From Selaginella moellendorffii (lineage: Eukaryota; Plantae; Lycopodiophyta): a stretch of 64,000 nucleotides of DNA. Made by a program: the position numbers and the translations under genes. The notes under the pieces were generated by a model, which worked only from the letters and a program-made list of their open reading frames with translations, made no database searches and had not been told where the DNA came from. The stretch covers positions 985,550 to 1,049,549 of the forward strand of contig NW_003314329.1 in NCBI RefSeq assembly GCF_000143415.4. The letters run 5' to 3'. Shown one piece after another: positions 22,801 through 36,980 of this stretch (position 1 is its first letter; every line of letters starts with the position of its first letter).

Positions 22801-24483
22801 TAAGCATGACTCTTTGGCCTTGCTTTGCCCTACCTTTAGATCCTGGGCCTCCACCCTAGATCTTCTTCCTTGGGCATTCGCCAATACCACAAGGTTCCTA
22901 CCTTGTCCATGCAGGGCTACCACGAACCGATTAAACCAATCCATTCCGAAGATCACATCAAATCCCGCCATGTCCAAGACGGTGAAATCCATGTCCACTT
23001 TCCATGTCCCCACTTCGACTCTCGCTTGTCGAAGTACCTCATCAGTGCTTTGGCTACCCTGAACAAACTCTATAGTCCTTGGTTCGCCTAGCCGCTGCAC
23101 CGTTAGTCCGGCTTGCCGGACTATGTCTGCAGCCACAAAATTATCCGAAGCACCCGTGTCAATAAGGATCTTAACAAAGCTACCTCCGAGCTTCCTTCGG
23201 AGGGCTAGTAGATGTCGCAAACGACTCTCTACCAAAGTTGCTTGTGTAATGAGTAACTTTGAGTTAGGGATTGGATCACATACCTCAGTTTGGACTTCAC
23301 CCGACTTGATGGCCATATTGGCTCTGGCCTTCTTCGGGTAGGGACATTCCCTCGAGAAGTGTCCCGCTTTGCCGCAGTTGTAGCATACGTTGTTTCCCAC
23401 GCTGCTATACGACTTGACCTTCTTATCCGTGGGTTTGTCTTTTTTCGCTTGACTCCCCCACGTACTCGCTCGCTGGCCACCGGATTTGCCTTTCCGGAAC
23501 CCCGAGGACTCATTCTTAGAGAAACTCTTCTTGAATTTCCCCTTGCTATACGTTCCCCTTGGTTTGGCCCCTTTGCTAAATGTGGATCCCGACCCCGTCG
23601 TGTTCCCCTTTCGCAGGTTATCGTTGAAATGCACCTTGATGGCCGCATCCAACGCTTCCTTGTAGTTGGTCGGGTTCCACCACATCACCTCACTGCGAGC
23701 CCATGTTTGCAAACCTGATATGAAGGCATGGAACGCATCCACATCCCCCATGTCCGTGACAAGTATCCTCTTTGCCATGAACCCATTCACATATTCCTGA
23801 ATGGTTCCAGTCTGCTTCAGCCTACTCAGCTCATCTCTCAGATGCAGAGTGGCATTCGGAGGAACGTATGTTGCGCGGATCCGCGCCTTCATCATGTCCC
23901 AAGTGGCCACTGGTCCTTCATTGGCCTCTGTCGTTCTCCACCAAGACTTGGCATTATCTGCCAAGTATGGTTTTGCACATGGGACCTTCTTCGAGCTCGG
24001 TAATCGCAACGCTCGGAAGTAGTCCTCCATATCGTAAAACCAATCCTCCACCACTTTATAGTCGTTCACTCCCTTGAAGACCGGTGGGGGCTTTGGTTTG
24101 TATTTGGGAACTGCCTGAGGGACTGATTCTACTTCAGTCTGTTCGACCTTGTCTGGTTTTGCCTCAGTCCCGGCCGAAAGATCCGCACCTTCTGCGCTGC
24201 CAGCATCCGCAGTCTTTTTCTTTTTCTTCCGCCTCTCGTCACGCTTTAGCTTGCATACGAGAGTTTCCAGCAGGGCATTGGTCTATGCCAACTGTCCTTC
24301 TAGCACGTCCAATCGAGCCTTGGACGACCGAACCTCGCCACCGGACTCCTGTTTGGAAGTTTCCTCACTAGAGTCCTCCTCATGCAAGGATTCCTCATCC
24401 ATAGCCTCTTGTTCGACCAGAGGCTCCAGCTCCGGCGGAGGTTCCGTCTCCGCCTGGGTTCGCTTACGCCCTGCCCTTGCCAT
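19823..24483 (-). pseudogene. A1 gag-pol (gag, CCHC knuckle, protease, RT, RNase H, integrase, chromodomain) with two putative introns, nonsense mutations and a ~110-bp deletion near 20015
   Basis: [44 protein letters not shown]2C2 zinc finger, MDFITGLP; stops at 24283 and 20674; introns 20563-20609 and 20093-20144. Confidence 0.9.
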
Positions 24484-26748
24484 CTCCCAGCAATCCGCCT
24501 CTATCCTTCGCTAGAACTGAGATAAAGGCTCCGATACCAAATTGTAAGCCACAAATTTTTCCTTTCCAATTTGCCAGCTTACCTCGTCTACCCGTCCAAC
24601 ACCGCCTTGGCTTTTGCTAAGTTCCCTTGCCAAAGTTCTCGCCTATGGTACCAGCTCCTACTTGGTCTCAGCTACTCACTGCACGAGCAACGGAGTGTTA
24701 GCCATCCATCCACGGATTCCCAAATCACTCCCAATCCCCCTCCCCGGGTTAGACTGGACTTAAGGTTCGGCTACACTCCCCGCAAGCACAAGCAGCCAAG
24801 CACACCAAGCTTCCAGGTTCCTAACATCCTTTGGTACCACAAGACTTGATCATGGGACCCTCTAAATCCCAAGTCTTGAGTGCATCACTTGCTTCGGGAC
24901 GCCGGGGCGAAACACCGTGGCCTAGCGGCCCGGTATGGGTACCTCTCGCCCCCCACTTCCATCCCGAAGGAAGGCCCAAGCCCCTAGGAAGGGCGAGGAC
25001 CAATGAGCCGCATGGTACTCAAGTGGGGCACCACTCCACATGAGCCGGGAGCACCGCAATCGGTTTCCCTTTCGGGAGTGGGAGTTGCTCTTGAGCACTT
25101 CCTTGGATGGCCCCTCCGGCACCAACCAAGTCCATGCTCACTCCCACCCAAGGCCCCTCGGTCCCAGTCCCAACCTCAAGTCAGTTTGGGAGCCCCACTG
25201 GAGAGTCCCTTCTAAACTGGTTCCTGGACCTCACTATCCCTACTATACTTTTGGAACCCCCTGCAACCCCTCCCCCCCCCTGGGAGACGCACGCTTTGGG
25301 CTTTCACCCCTTGACCCGTATTAGTATTTGGACTTAGTCTCTGGCTCGATCTCGGACCCGATTTTGGATCCGACTTCGGATTCGGGTTCGGACTCGATCT
25401 CGGACCCGATCTCGGACCCGACCTCGGACTCGACCTTGGACTCGGTCTTGGACCCGATTTCGGATCTCGGACTCCGTCTCGAACTCGGTCTCGAACTCGG
25501 ACTCGAACTCGGTCCCCGAGTCGGTCTCGGACTCGATTCCGGACTCTATCTCGAACTCGTTCCTAGAGTCGGTCTTGGACTCGATCTTCGACTTGGTCCC
25601 ATCCGATGAACTCTTTGTCATTTTGGTCATGCTTTCGGGGTTCCTTTAGCCTACGACACCTCGGCGAGTTGGTTCCTTACACCCATGCACTGAAGTGCCG
25701 AAGTCAGCCTGCCAAAACTGACCCAAGTACTAATGAACAAGAGAAACGAAACTTTGATTTATAGAAATATATTACTTTATTGATTTGCAAGATTTATTAC
25801 AACGTTTACAAAAACAAGTCTTCATTACTACTTTCATACTGTGTGACAAGCTCATGAGCATGTACAAGATTCCTAAGAGGTTCCCAAGTTGATTCACAAG
25901 TCGGGTAACCTTCCACTTAACTAGATATTCCTTGGAACGAGCTTGTCTCCGAGACCAAGAATCCAAGATAGCTTCAACTTCGTATTTTAGTTCACCGTCC
26001 ACAACGTCTGGTGGCGGGTGAATCTCCCCTTGACATGCAATATCCATAGTGTAAGGAGCCAATAGATTGGCATGAAATACATTATGAACATTGGACATCT
26101 CCGTAGGCAGATCCAACCGATAAAATACATCACCAATGCGTTTTAACACCTGATAGGGTTTGACATATCTCAGCAAAAGCTTCCGAGACAAAGAACCCTT
26201 AGTGTTCAAGTTCTGGGAAGATAGCCACATCTGATCTCCCACTTGATAGGATATATCCAGATGATGCTAATCCTTATCACGTCAATACCTATCCTGAGCT
26301 TTACCCATTGCCTCAGTAGCTCTAGACCAACTTTGGCGTAACTGCTCCGCATAAGTGTCAATGGCCGGGACTAACACTTCAGACATTGGTTTCGGTACAA
26401 CAATCTGTTGAAGAACCCCACAAGCATTCCCTTACAGCATCTCCTACGGAGAACAACCAATGGTGCTGTGAAATGTGTTGCTATAATAGATTTCTGCTAT
26501 GTCTAAATGCTACACCCAATCGTGTTGGTCTGCCGCGACATAGTACCGCAGATAATCCTCTACTTGAGCATTCACGTGTTAGGTCTACCCATCAGTTTGA
26601 AGATGACAAGCCATACTAAACTTCAACTTGGTACCAAACAGCTGGAACAATGTGCCCCAAAACTTTCCTATAAATCTCGAATCTCTATCCAAGATCATCT
26701 CTTCGGGAAGACCACGAACCTGAACTACTTCATGGAAAAAGAGCTTTG

Positions 26749-29700
26749 TGTAAGCCACAAATTTTTCCTTTCCAATTTGCTAGTTTACTTTGTCTATCCG
26801 TCCGACACTGCCTTGGCTTTTGCTAAGTTCCTTCGCCAAAGTTCTCGCCTATGGTACCAACTCCTACTTGGTCCTACTTGCTTTCAGCTACTCACTGCAC
26901 GAGCAACGGAGCGTTAGCCATCCATCCACGGATTCTCAATCTCTCCCAATCCCCCTCCCCGGGTTAGACTGGACTTAAGGTTCGGCTACACTCCCCGCAA
27001 GCACAAGTAGCCAAGCACACCAAGCTTCCAGGTTCCTAACATCCCTTGGTACCACAAGACTTGATCATGGGACTCTCTAAATCCCAAGTCTTGAGTGCAA
27101 CACTTGCTTCAGGACGTCGGGGCGAAACACCATGGCCTAGCGGCCCGGTATGGGTACCTCTACCCCCCCACTTCCATCCCGAAGGAAGGCCCAAGCCCCT
27201 AGGAAGGGCGAGGACTAATGAGCCGCATGGTACTCAAGTGGGGCACCACTCCACATGAGCCGGGAGCACCGCAATCGGTTTCCCTTTCGAGAGTGGGAGC
27301 TGCTCTTGAGCACTTCCTTGGATGGCCCCTCCGGCACCAACCAAGTCCATGCTCACTCCCACCCAATGCCCCTCGGTCCCAGTCCCAACCTCAAGTCGGT
27401 TTGGGAGCCCCACTAGAGAGTCCCTTCAAAACTGGTTCCTGGACCTCACTATCCCTACTATACTTTTGGAACCCCCTGCAGCCCCCCCCCCTCTGGGAGA
27501 CGCACACTTTGGGCTTTCACCCCTTGACCCGTATTAGTATTTGGATTTAGTCTCTGGCTCGATCTCGGACTCGATTTCGGATCCGACTTCGGATTCGGTC
27601 TCGGACTCAATCTCGGACTCGATCTTGGACCCGATCTCGGACCCGACCTCAGACTTAACCTTGGACTCGGTCTCGGACCCGATTTCGGATCTCGGACTCG
27701 GTCTCGAACTCGGTCCCCGAGTCGGTCTTGGACTCGATTCCGGACTCTATCTTGAACTCGGTCTCCGAGTCGGTCTTGGACTCGATCTTCGACTTGGTCC
27801 CATCCGATGAACTCTTTGTCATTTTGGTCATGCTTTCGGGGTTCCTTTAGCCTACGACACCTCGGCGAGTTGGTTCCTTACAACTCCACCACCCATAGAA
27901 GAAGTTCGATGCCCACATCAAACGTCTCTTTTTTATCCTACGACTTGTTGATCATGTCTCCGGGGGCATCCCCCCACTTAGCGGTGTGCCTAAGTTAGCC
28001 TCCCCGGCCAAGAGCCCATGACAACGGAATATAGGTGTCCTTATACTCTTCACCTCACCACGCCCTAGTATGGGGTCGGGACTTGAACCCAGCCTTGCTT
28101 TACTAGGGGGTTGGGACTCGAACCCAACCTCCGTAGAATACGTCTACGGATTCGACATCCCCGCAGGGAGTCGGGTGTAGCTCCCTACGCCTAGTTGACC
28201 TAGCTAACCCATGCTAATTAGCTTACCTTCGGCACGCCTTCGGGTCCCAACATATGCCATTGCTCAACTTCACCAATTGATACTTTTAATTGAACTTTGC
28301 ATAAGTACATAGAGTTCTGCCTTGCAGAAATTCCTCCACTAGATCTCGCGCGTTCGCTAGGTTCTCCTCCGGTTCCCATGTTGCTTCGCAGTGTGGAAAT
28401 CCTTTCCACTTCACATGGAACTCTCTCACCTCGCGTCCTTATCGCTTGCTCCTGCGCACATTGAGGATGGCCTCGACTTTGTATTCCTCTTCCCCTTGGA
28501 TAACCTCAGGTAAAGGCCTTACTTGGTCCTTGCGAAGCGAATCCTCAAAGTACGGCTTGAGTAAGTTCACATGGAACACGGGGTGCATCTTCCCCATCTT
28601 TCGAGGAAGTCAGAGACGGTAAGCCACTTTACCGATTCGAGCCTCAATCTCATAAGGCCCCGCGAACCTGCTCAAGGAACTCAAGATCAATTCATTTACA
28701 GGAATACATGCATTTTTACCTTTGGGTCAACTTTCGGCTGATCCCACTTGGTAGCCTGAGGTTCTTGGTGTTCAGCCACACCTTCTCCCCAGCTTGGAAC
28801 TCTACATCCCGGCGCTTCTGGTTCACGTACTTAGTTTGCCTTTGTTGAGCCCGTTCCAAGGAATCCCTCACTAGATTCCAAATATTGAGTCTTTCCACTG
28901 TAAATGCCTCCACTGCGGGTAACTCCTCATGATACTCGGCCACTCCGAGTTCCATAGGACCCTCAATAGCTCGCTCATTGATGACTTCCCATGCACTCAC
29001 CCCGATGCTCGAATGTGGTGAGTTGTTATAACACATTTCCGCAAGTCCTAAATGACTTACCCAATCGGTCTGGTCTCCTGAGACATAGCATCGCAAATAA
29101 TCCTCTAGCTGCCTATTCACCCTTTCTGTTTGTCCGTCTGTCAAGAAGTGTTAGTGCCATCAACTTGACTTAATACCTCATACCTATCTATGGGTGATAG
29201 GTTGTGCTGAATTTCAACTTGGTGCGATACTGTTCCAGGAGGGTTCTCCAAAACCTACTGGTGAAGATTTTATCTCGATCTGAGATAATCTCTTCTGGCC
29301 TTCCCTGCACTCGACCCACTTGTTTGAAGAACAGCTTCGCCACACCTTCCACATCCACTTCCGTTGTGGTGGGTATGAAATGTGCCATCTTCGAAAATCG
29401 ATCCACCACCACGAATATCGCATCGAACCCCTCGCTTGGGGGTAATCCCGTGATGAAGTCCATCGGAAGACATTTCCACGGTCGATCTGGAATTGGGATG
29501 CTTTGCAACAAGCCCCCACTAGCCTTAGTCACGGCTTTGACCTGCTGACATGTTGGACATGTCTTTACATAGTCTTGGACGTCCTTAGCCATATCTGGCC
29601 AATGGTACTTCCTCTTGAGTAAGCCCATCGTCTTGGGCACTTTGCTGTGTCCCGCAAGAGGTCCGTCATGACACTCTTCTAAGGCTACCTTCCTTAGTTC

Positions 29701-32700
29701 CCCTTCTGGAACATACACCCTCGTTTGCTTGTAATAGATGAGTCCGTTGCGTTCCGCATAGCCCGTTTTCTCTTCCGTTGGCAATTCACCTCTCTGGTGA
29801 GCTTCCCGTGCCTCTAGATTCCTCAGCAACACTTCTTGTGCTAGACCATCGTTCTCATATGCTGTCCGCACATCGTCCCAGAAGGTTGCTATTGCGCTGG
29901 ATATTGCCAACCTCAAGCTCGCTTTCCGACTTAGCACATTCGCCACGATGTTGCTCTTCTTAGGCTTGTATAGAATCTCATAATCAAACTCGGCCAAGGC
30001 ATTGGCCCACCGACCTTGTTTCCCTCTCAGGTTGGGTTGTGACAAGAAGTGTTTCGTTGCCACATTGTCCATATAAACCTTGAAGTGTCTCCCAAGGTAG
30101 TGTCGCCACTCCTTGAGCGCCTTGACCACCGCAAACAATTCCTTCTCGTGGGCAGGCCACTTCCATTGAGCCTTGTCCAACTTCTTCGAGAAGAACGCTA
30201 CTGGATGGTTGTCTTGCTTCAAAATTGCGCCCAACGCGAAGTCCGAAGCATCCGTTTCTACCTCAAAGTCCTTACCAAAGTCTGGTAATGCCAACACAGG
30301 AGCCTTCCTCAACTTCCTTTTGAGGTGGATGAATGCCGCCTCGCATTCCGCTGTCCATACCATCTTCCCTTTTGTTGTTTGGTCCGTTAAGGGTAGGGCT
30401 ACTCTCGAATAGTGTCTGATAAACTTTCGGTAGTAGTTGCATAGCCCCAAGAACGCCCTTAACTCGTGTACATTCGATGGTCGCTCCCATTCCTGGATCG
30501 CTTGGACCTTCTCCGGGTCCACCTTGAGCCCGTCTTGGCCCACCACATGCCCGAGAAACTTTACCCGCCGAGCAAAGTCACATTTGCTCTCTTTAGCATA
30601 CAGTTTGTGTTCCCTTAGTTTCTCAAACACCTTCACCAAGTGTTTGGCATGCTCCTCTAGCGTCTCGCTATAGATCAGGATGTCGTCGATATAGACAACC
30701 ACGAAGTGATCCAGATAGGGTACAAAGATGTGGTTCATCAACACCGAAAACGTTGCCGGCGCATTGCACAGCCCAAAGGGCATCACCAGAAACTCAAAGC
30801 TCCCATACCTCGTTCGACAAGTTGTCTTCTCGACATCCTCCTCAGCTACCCTAATCTGGTAGTATCCTGACTTTATGTTAATCCTCGAGAAGTATTTTGC
30901 TTTTCCCAACCTATCGAACAGGTCCTCAATCCTTGGCAAAGGGTACTTGTTCTTCTTGGTATACTTGTTGAGCAACCGGTAGTCTATGCACATGCGCATA
31001 GATCCATCTTTCTTTTTCACAAATAGCACCGGCGCCCCATACGGCGACTTGCTCAACCTAACATACCCTTTGTCCACCAACTCCTCTAGTTGGTGCTTGA
31101 GCTCCGCGAGTTCTTTTTCGTTCAATCGATAGGGTGGACGAACCACCGCCTCAGCACCCTCAACCAGCTCAATCTTATGTTCTATCGGTCGTGCGGGGGG
31201 CAACCCCGCCGGTAGCTCCTCCGGCATAGTATCTTGGAATTGGTCCAGCACCTGCTGGATCACTAAAGGTACTTCTTCCGTTCTTGTCTTTTTGTCACTC
31301 TTCACCGAGAGTAAGCACAAAAAGGCTGCCTTAGTTCCTTTAGTGAGTTGTCCTCTCGTGGACACCAGGTTTAAGCATGACTCTTTGGCCTTGCTTTGCC
31401 CTACCTTTAGATCCTGGGCCTCCACCCTAGATCTTCTTCCTTGGGCATTCGCCAATACCACAAGGTTCCTACCTTGTCCATGCATGGCTACCACGAACCG
31501 ATTAAACCAATCCATTCCGAAGATCACATCAAATCCCGCCATGTCCAAGACGGTGAAATCCATGTCCACTTTCCATGTCCCCACTTCGACTCTCGCTTGT
31601 CGAAGTACCTCATCGGTGCTTTGGCTACCCTGAACAAACTCTATAGTCCTTGGTTCGCCTAGCCGCTGCACCGTTAGTCCAGCTTGCCGGACTATGTCTG
31701 CAGCCACAAAATTATCCGAAGCACCCGTGTCAATAAGGATCTTAACAAAGCTACCTCCGAGCTTCCCTCGGAGGGCTAGTAGATGTCGCAAACGACTCTC
31801 TACCAAAGTTGCTCGTGTAATGAGTAACTTTGAGTTAGGGATTGGATCACATACCTCAGTTTGGACTTCACCCGACTTGATGGCCATATTGGCTCTGGCC
31901 TTCTTCGGGTAGGGACATTCCCTCGAGAAGTGTCCCGCTTCGCCGCAGTTGTAGCATACGTTGTTTCCCACGCTGCTATACGACTTGACCTTTTTATCCG
32001 TGGGTTTGTCTTTTTTCGCTTGACTCCCCCACGTACTCGCTGGCCACCGGATTTGCCTTTTTAGAACCCCGAGGACTCATTCTTAGAGAAACTCTTCTTG
32101 AATTTCCCTCTGCTATACGTTCCTCTTGGTTTGGCCCCTTTGCTAAACGTGGATCCCGACCCCGTCGTGTTCCCCTTTCGCAGGTTATCGTTGAAATGCA
32201 CCTTGATGGCCGCATCTAACGCTTCCTTGTAGTTGGTCAGGTTCCAGCGCATCACCTCACCGTGAGCCCAAGTTTGCAAACCTGATATGAAGGCATGGAA
32301 CGCATCCATATCCCCCATGTCCGTGACAAGTATCCTCTTTGCCATGAACCCATTCACATATTCCTGGATGGTTCCAGTCTGCTTCAGCCTACTCAGCTCA
32401 TCTCTCAGATGCAGAGTGGCATTCGGAGGAACGTATGTTGGGCAGATCCTCGCCTTCATCATGTCCCAAGTGGCCACTGGTCCTTCGTTGGCCTCCGTCG
32501 TTCTCCACCAAGACTTGGCATTATCTGCCAAGTATGGTTTTGCACATGGGACCTTCTCCGAGCTCGGTAATCGCAATGCTCGAAAGTAGTCCTCCATATC
32601 GTAAAACCAATCCTCCACCACTTTATAGTCATTCACTCCCTTGAAGACCGGTGGGGGCTTTGGTTTGTACTTGGGAACTGCCTGAGGGACTGATTCTACT

Positions 32701-34264
32701 TCAGTCTGCTCGACCTTGTTTGGTTCTACCTCAGTCCCTGCCGAAGGGACCGCACCTTCTGCGCTGCCAGCATCTGCAGTCTTTCTCTTTTTCTTCCGCT
32801 TCTCGTCACGTTTCAGCTTGCGTACGAGAGTCTCCAGCAGGGCATTGGTTTGTGCCAACTGTCCTTCTAGCACGTCCAATCGAGCTTTGGACGACCGAAC
32901 CTCGCCACCGGACTCCTGTTTGGAAGTTTCCTCACTAGAGTCCTCCTCATGCAAGGATTCTTCATCCATAGCCTCTTGTTCGACCGGAGGCTCCAGCTCC
33001 AGCGGAGGTTCCGTCTCCGCCTGGGTTCGCTTACGCCCTGCCCTTGCCATCTCCCGGCAATCCGCCTCTATCCTTCGCTAGAACTGAGGAAAACGCTCTG
33101 ATACCAAATTGTAAGCCACAAATTTTTCCTTTCCAATTTGCTAGCTTACCTCGTCTATCCGTCTGACACTGCCTTGGCTTTTGCTAAGTTCCCTCGCCAA
33201 GGTTCTCGCCTATGGTACCAACTCCTACTTGGTCCTACTTGCTTTCAGCTACTCACTGCACGAGCAACGGAGCGTTAGCCATCCATCCACGGATTCCCAA
33301 TCTCTCCCAATCCCCCTCCCCAGGTTAGACTGGACTTAAGGTTCGGCTACACTCCCCGCAAGCACAAGCAGCCAAGCACACCAAGCTTCCAGGTTCCTAA
33401 CATCCCTTGGTACCACAAGACTTGATCATGGGACTCTCTAAATCCCAAGTCGTGAGTGCAACACTTGCTTTGGGACGCCGGGGCGAAACACCGTGGCCTA
33501 GCGGCCCGGTATGGGTACCTCTACCCCCCCACTTCCATCCCGAAGGAAGGCCCAAGCCCCTAGGAAGGGCGAGGACCAATGAGCCGCATGGTACTCAAGT
33601 GGGGCATCACTCCATATGAGTCGGGAGCACCGCAATCGGTTTCCCTTTCGGGAGTGGGAGCTGCTCTTGAGAACTTCCTTAGATGGCCCCTCCGGCACCA
33701 ACCAAGTCCATGCTCACTCCCACCCAAGGCCCCTCGGTCCCAATCCCAACCTCAAGTCGGTTTGGGAGCCCCACTAGAGAGTCCCTTCAAAACTGGTTCC
33801 TGGACCTCACTATCCCTACTATACTTTTGGAACCCCCTGCAGCCCCCCCCCTGGGAGACGCACGCTTTGGGCTTTCACCCCTTGTCCCGTATTAGTATTT
33901 GGATTTAGTCTCTGACTCGATCTCGGACTCGATTTCGGATTTGACTTCGGATTCGGTCTCGGACTCGATCTCGGACTCGGTCTCGGACCCGATCTCGGAC
34001 TTGACCTCGGACTCGACCTCGGACTCGGTCTCGGACCCGATTTCGGATCTCGGACTCCGTCTTGAACTCGGTCTCGAACTCGATCTTGAACTCGGTCCCC
34101 GAGTTGGTCTCGGACTCGATTCCGGACTCTATCTCAAACTCGGTCTCCGAGTCGGTCTTGGACTCGATCTTCGACTTGGTCCCATCCGATGAACTCTTTG
34201 TCATTTTGGTCATGCTTTCGGGGTTCCTTTAGCCTACGACACCTCGGCGAGTTGGTTCCTTACA
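26749..34264 (-). mobile_element. Full-length Ty3/Gypsy chromovirus family A, copy A2; LTRs 26749-27882 and 33110-34264; TSD CTTTG; inserted in the integrase of B1
   Basis: CTTTG at 26744-26748 and 34265-34269; PBS TGGTATCAGAGC 33095-33106; B1 integrase NAKQAAK|LFFHEVV is split at the insertion. Confidence 0.95.
28286..33050 (-). pseudogene. A2 gag-pol with chromodomain, two putative introns, a frame disruption near 32050 and nonsense mutations
   Basis: ORFs 32061-33050, 29188-31971, 28716-29144; chromodomain YKVEAILNVR...FHVKWKGFPHCEATWEPEENL; introns 29138-29183 and 28668-28719. Confidence 0.9.
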
Positions 34265-36980
34265 CTTTGCTGCTTGTTTCGCATTAACTGTTCCCACAAT
34301 TGGAATGAAGTGTGCAATCTTCGACAACCGATCCACAACCACCATCAAAGTATCATAACCCTTGGACTTTGGCAAGCAAGTGACGAAATCAAGTGTCACA
34401 CTTTGGAATGGCCATGCTAGTGTTGAAATGCACTGCAACTTTCCAGCTTGCTTCTCAGTTCTGCAATTACATTGCTGGCATATAGGGCAGGAATAGACAT
34501 AGTCCGCTACATCACCTTCCATACCAGACCAGAAAAATCCCTTTTTCAATGAAGCTAGAGTCTTCTGCTTTCCACCATGTCCCGCTGCCCAATTGACATG
34601 GAATGTAGAAACAATTGCTACAGATCCTTAGAGGGAAGATACAATCTTTCTTGCTTATAAAATATAAACCCATCCCGAACTAAGAAGTGAAGCTTCACAT
34701 TGGTGCGGCTAGCAACTTTTGCTGCTTTGCTACCAGAGTCCTGCTTCGACAACCCCGCATGGTGTAAGATTTCCTTTGCCAATGGATCACTTCCATATGA
34801 AGCCCAAACATCCTCCAACCAGTGTAAACTGATTGCCGATATTGCCCGAAGCTGAGTTTGACGACTCAACGCATCCGGAACAATATTGTCTTTACCAAGG
34901 TTATATATAATTTCAATATCATATTGAGCGAGCTTCTCTTGCCAACGAGCTTGCTTCGGCGTAAGCTTTGGCTGCATTGCAAAGTAGCTCAGTGTTTTAA
35001 TATCCGTATAAACCTTGGTATGTCCACACAAATAATGTCTATAGTGTTCCAAGGCCAACACTATAGCAAATATCTCTTTTTCATGCATTGGCCATCTTCG
35101 TTGAGTTTCATCCAATTTTTTGGAATAGAATGCAACGGGACAACCATGTCGCCTTAGCGTAATACCAACCGCTTTATCACAATCTTGTTGCAACACGGCA
35201 CCAATAGCATAACCAGATGCATCACAATGCACTTCAAAGGGTTTATCAAGATCTAGAATCTTGAGAATAGGAACCGTCGTCAAGATTTCCTTCAATAGTA
35301 CAAAAGCACGCTGACAAGCTGGTGTCAATGAAACAGAATACTACTCTTCATCAACTCAGTCAATGGAAGAACAATTCTTGCAAAATTGCAAACAAACTTA
35401 CGATAGTATCCCGCTAAACCAAGAAACGAACGAACATCTAATACAGTGGTCAGGACTTCCCAAGATTTCACTGCTTCCACTTTGGATTGACCTCAATTAC
35501 GCCACCACCAACTATATGTCTGAGAAATTTTATGCGCAATTGTCCAAAAGCACATTTACTTTCCTTAGCTTACAATTTGTGTTCACGCAATTTCTGAAAC
35601 ACCAGCTCTAAGTATTTCAAATGATCCTCCAATGTTTCACTGAAGACTAGAACATCGTCGATATATAGGACAACAAATGTGTCCAAATAATCTCTGAATA
35701 TTCTATCCATCATAATATTGAACATTGCCAGAGCATTGCATAATCCGAATGGCATGACAAGGAACTCATAAGATCCATATCGAGTTTGAAAGGTTGTCTT
35801 TTCCACATCCTAATCTGCCACCTGTATCTGATGATACCCGGACCACAAATCAAGTCGTGTAAAATACTTAGCCTTTAAGAGTTGGTCAAAGAAGTCATCA
35901 ATGCGAGGCAAAGGATAACTGTTTTTAACCGTGATTTTATTGAGCGTCTGATAGTCAATACACATCCTCATGGTTCCATCCTTTTTTATAACAAAAAGGA
36001 CCGATGCTCCATAAGGTGACTTGCTTGGTCGGATATGACCTTTGTCAAGAAGCTCCGTGAGTTGCTTCTTGAGTTCAGCTATCTCCTTGATGTTAAGACG
36101 ATACGGAGCCTTTGTAGGTGGTTTAGAACCCGGAATAACCTCAATCCAATGATCAACCTCACAACTAGGAAGTAGCCTTGGTGGTAAATCCTTCGGAAAG
36201 ATATTCTGATTCCATGCCAACAACTCCAATATCTTCGTTGGTATAGCATCAACTCCGTCACCGATTCGAACTAAGTCACCAACACCCTCAGCTTCCATCA
36301 CTTGAACCCAAAAGGTCCGACATCCCCTATTAGCTACTTTTTGAGCGGCTCTCGCCGTTAGGAACTTTGCATCACAATCCTTTAAGGAGCACTTTTGCAA
36401 TTGGAAGGATACATCGGGACGTCCCTCGGACTTCAACGTGATACAACTTTGTTCAACACCATAAATCCCTTTTATGTATTTGTTGAAGAAGTCCATACTA
36501 AACACCATCTGAAAATCTGGTATCTTCAACACTACCAAGTCCACTCTTTCTTTCCACTTGGATATTTTTATTGGAACATCATTCACAAATTTTCTGGCTA
36601 CATGCCCACCTTCCGTAAACCGGAAGTGCATAGGCGACATTTGCTCAGCATTCAATCCTAACAACTTAACTAAGTCTTCAGATATCATGCTGTGCGTAGC
36701 TCCTGTGTCAATCATCACTCGGATTCGGTATCCACGGACAAAGCCTACTAGATACATCAACGGATCAGTGTTTGCATTGATTGTGAGAAAAGCTTGAGGA
36801 AAGCAACGAAAGTAACTCACCTCTTCTTCCTCATAGTCTGCATTGACCAACTCATCAACCCCTTCAGCTTCGCCACCATCGTCTTCCCTCATGACATTAA
36901 CTCGAGACCTTGTCTTATGCTTGTTGGAACATTTTGAGGACCTATGTCCTGATTCTCCACAATGGAAGCAATGACCTACA

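Larger units (their letters stand above)
18189..25681 (-). mobile_element. Full-length Ty3/Gypsy chromovirus family A, copy A1; LTRs 18189-19419 and 24543-25681; TSD CCCAT; inserted in the 3' UTR of B1
   Basis: TG...CA LTR pair; CCCAT at 18184-18188 and 25682-25686; PBS TGGTATCGGAGC next to 24543; PPT next to 19419. Confidence 0.95.
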
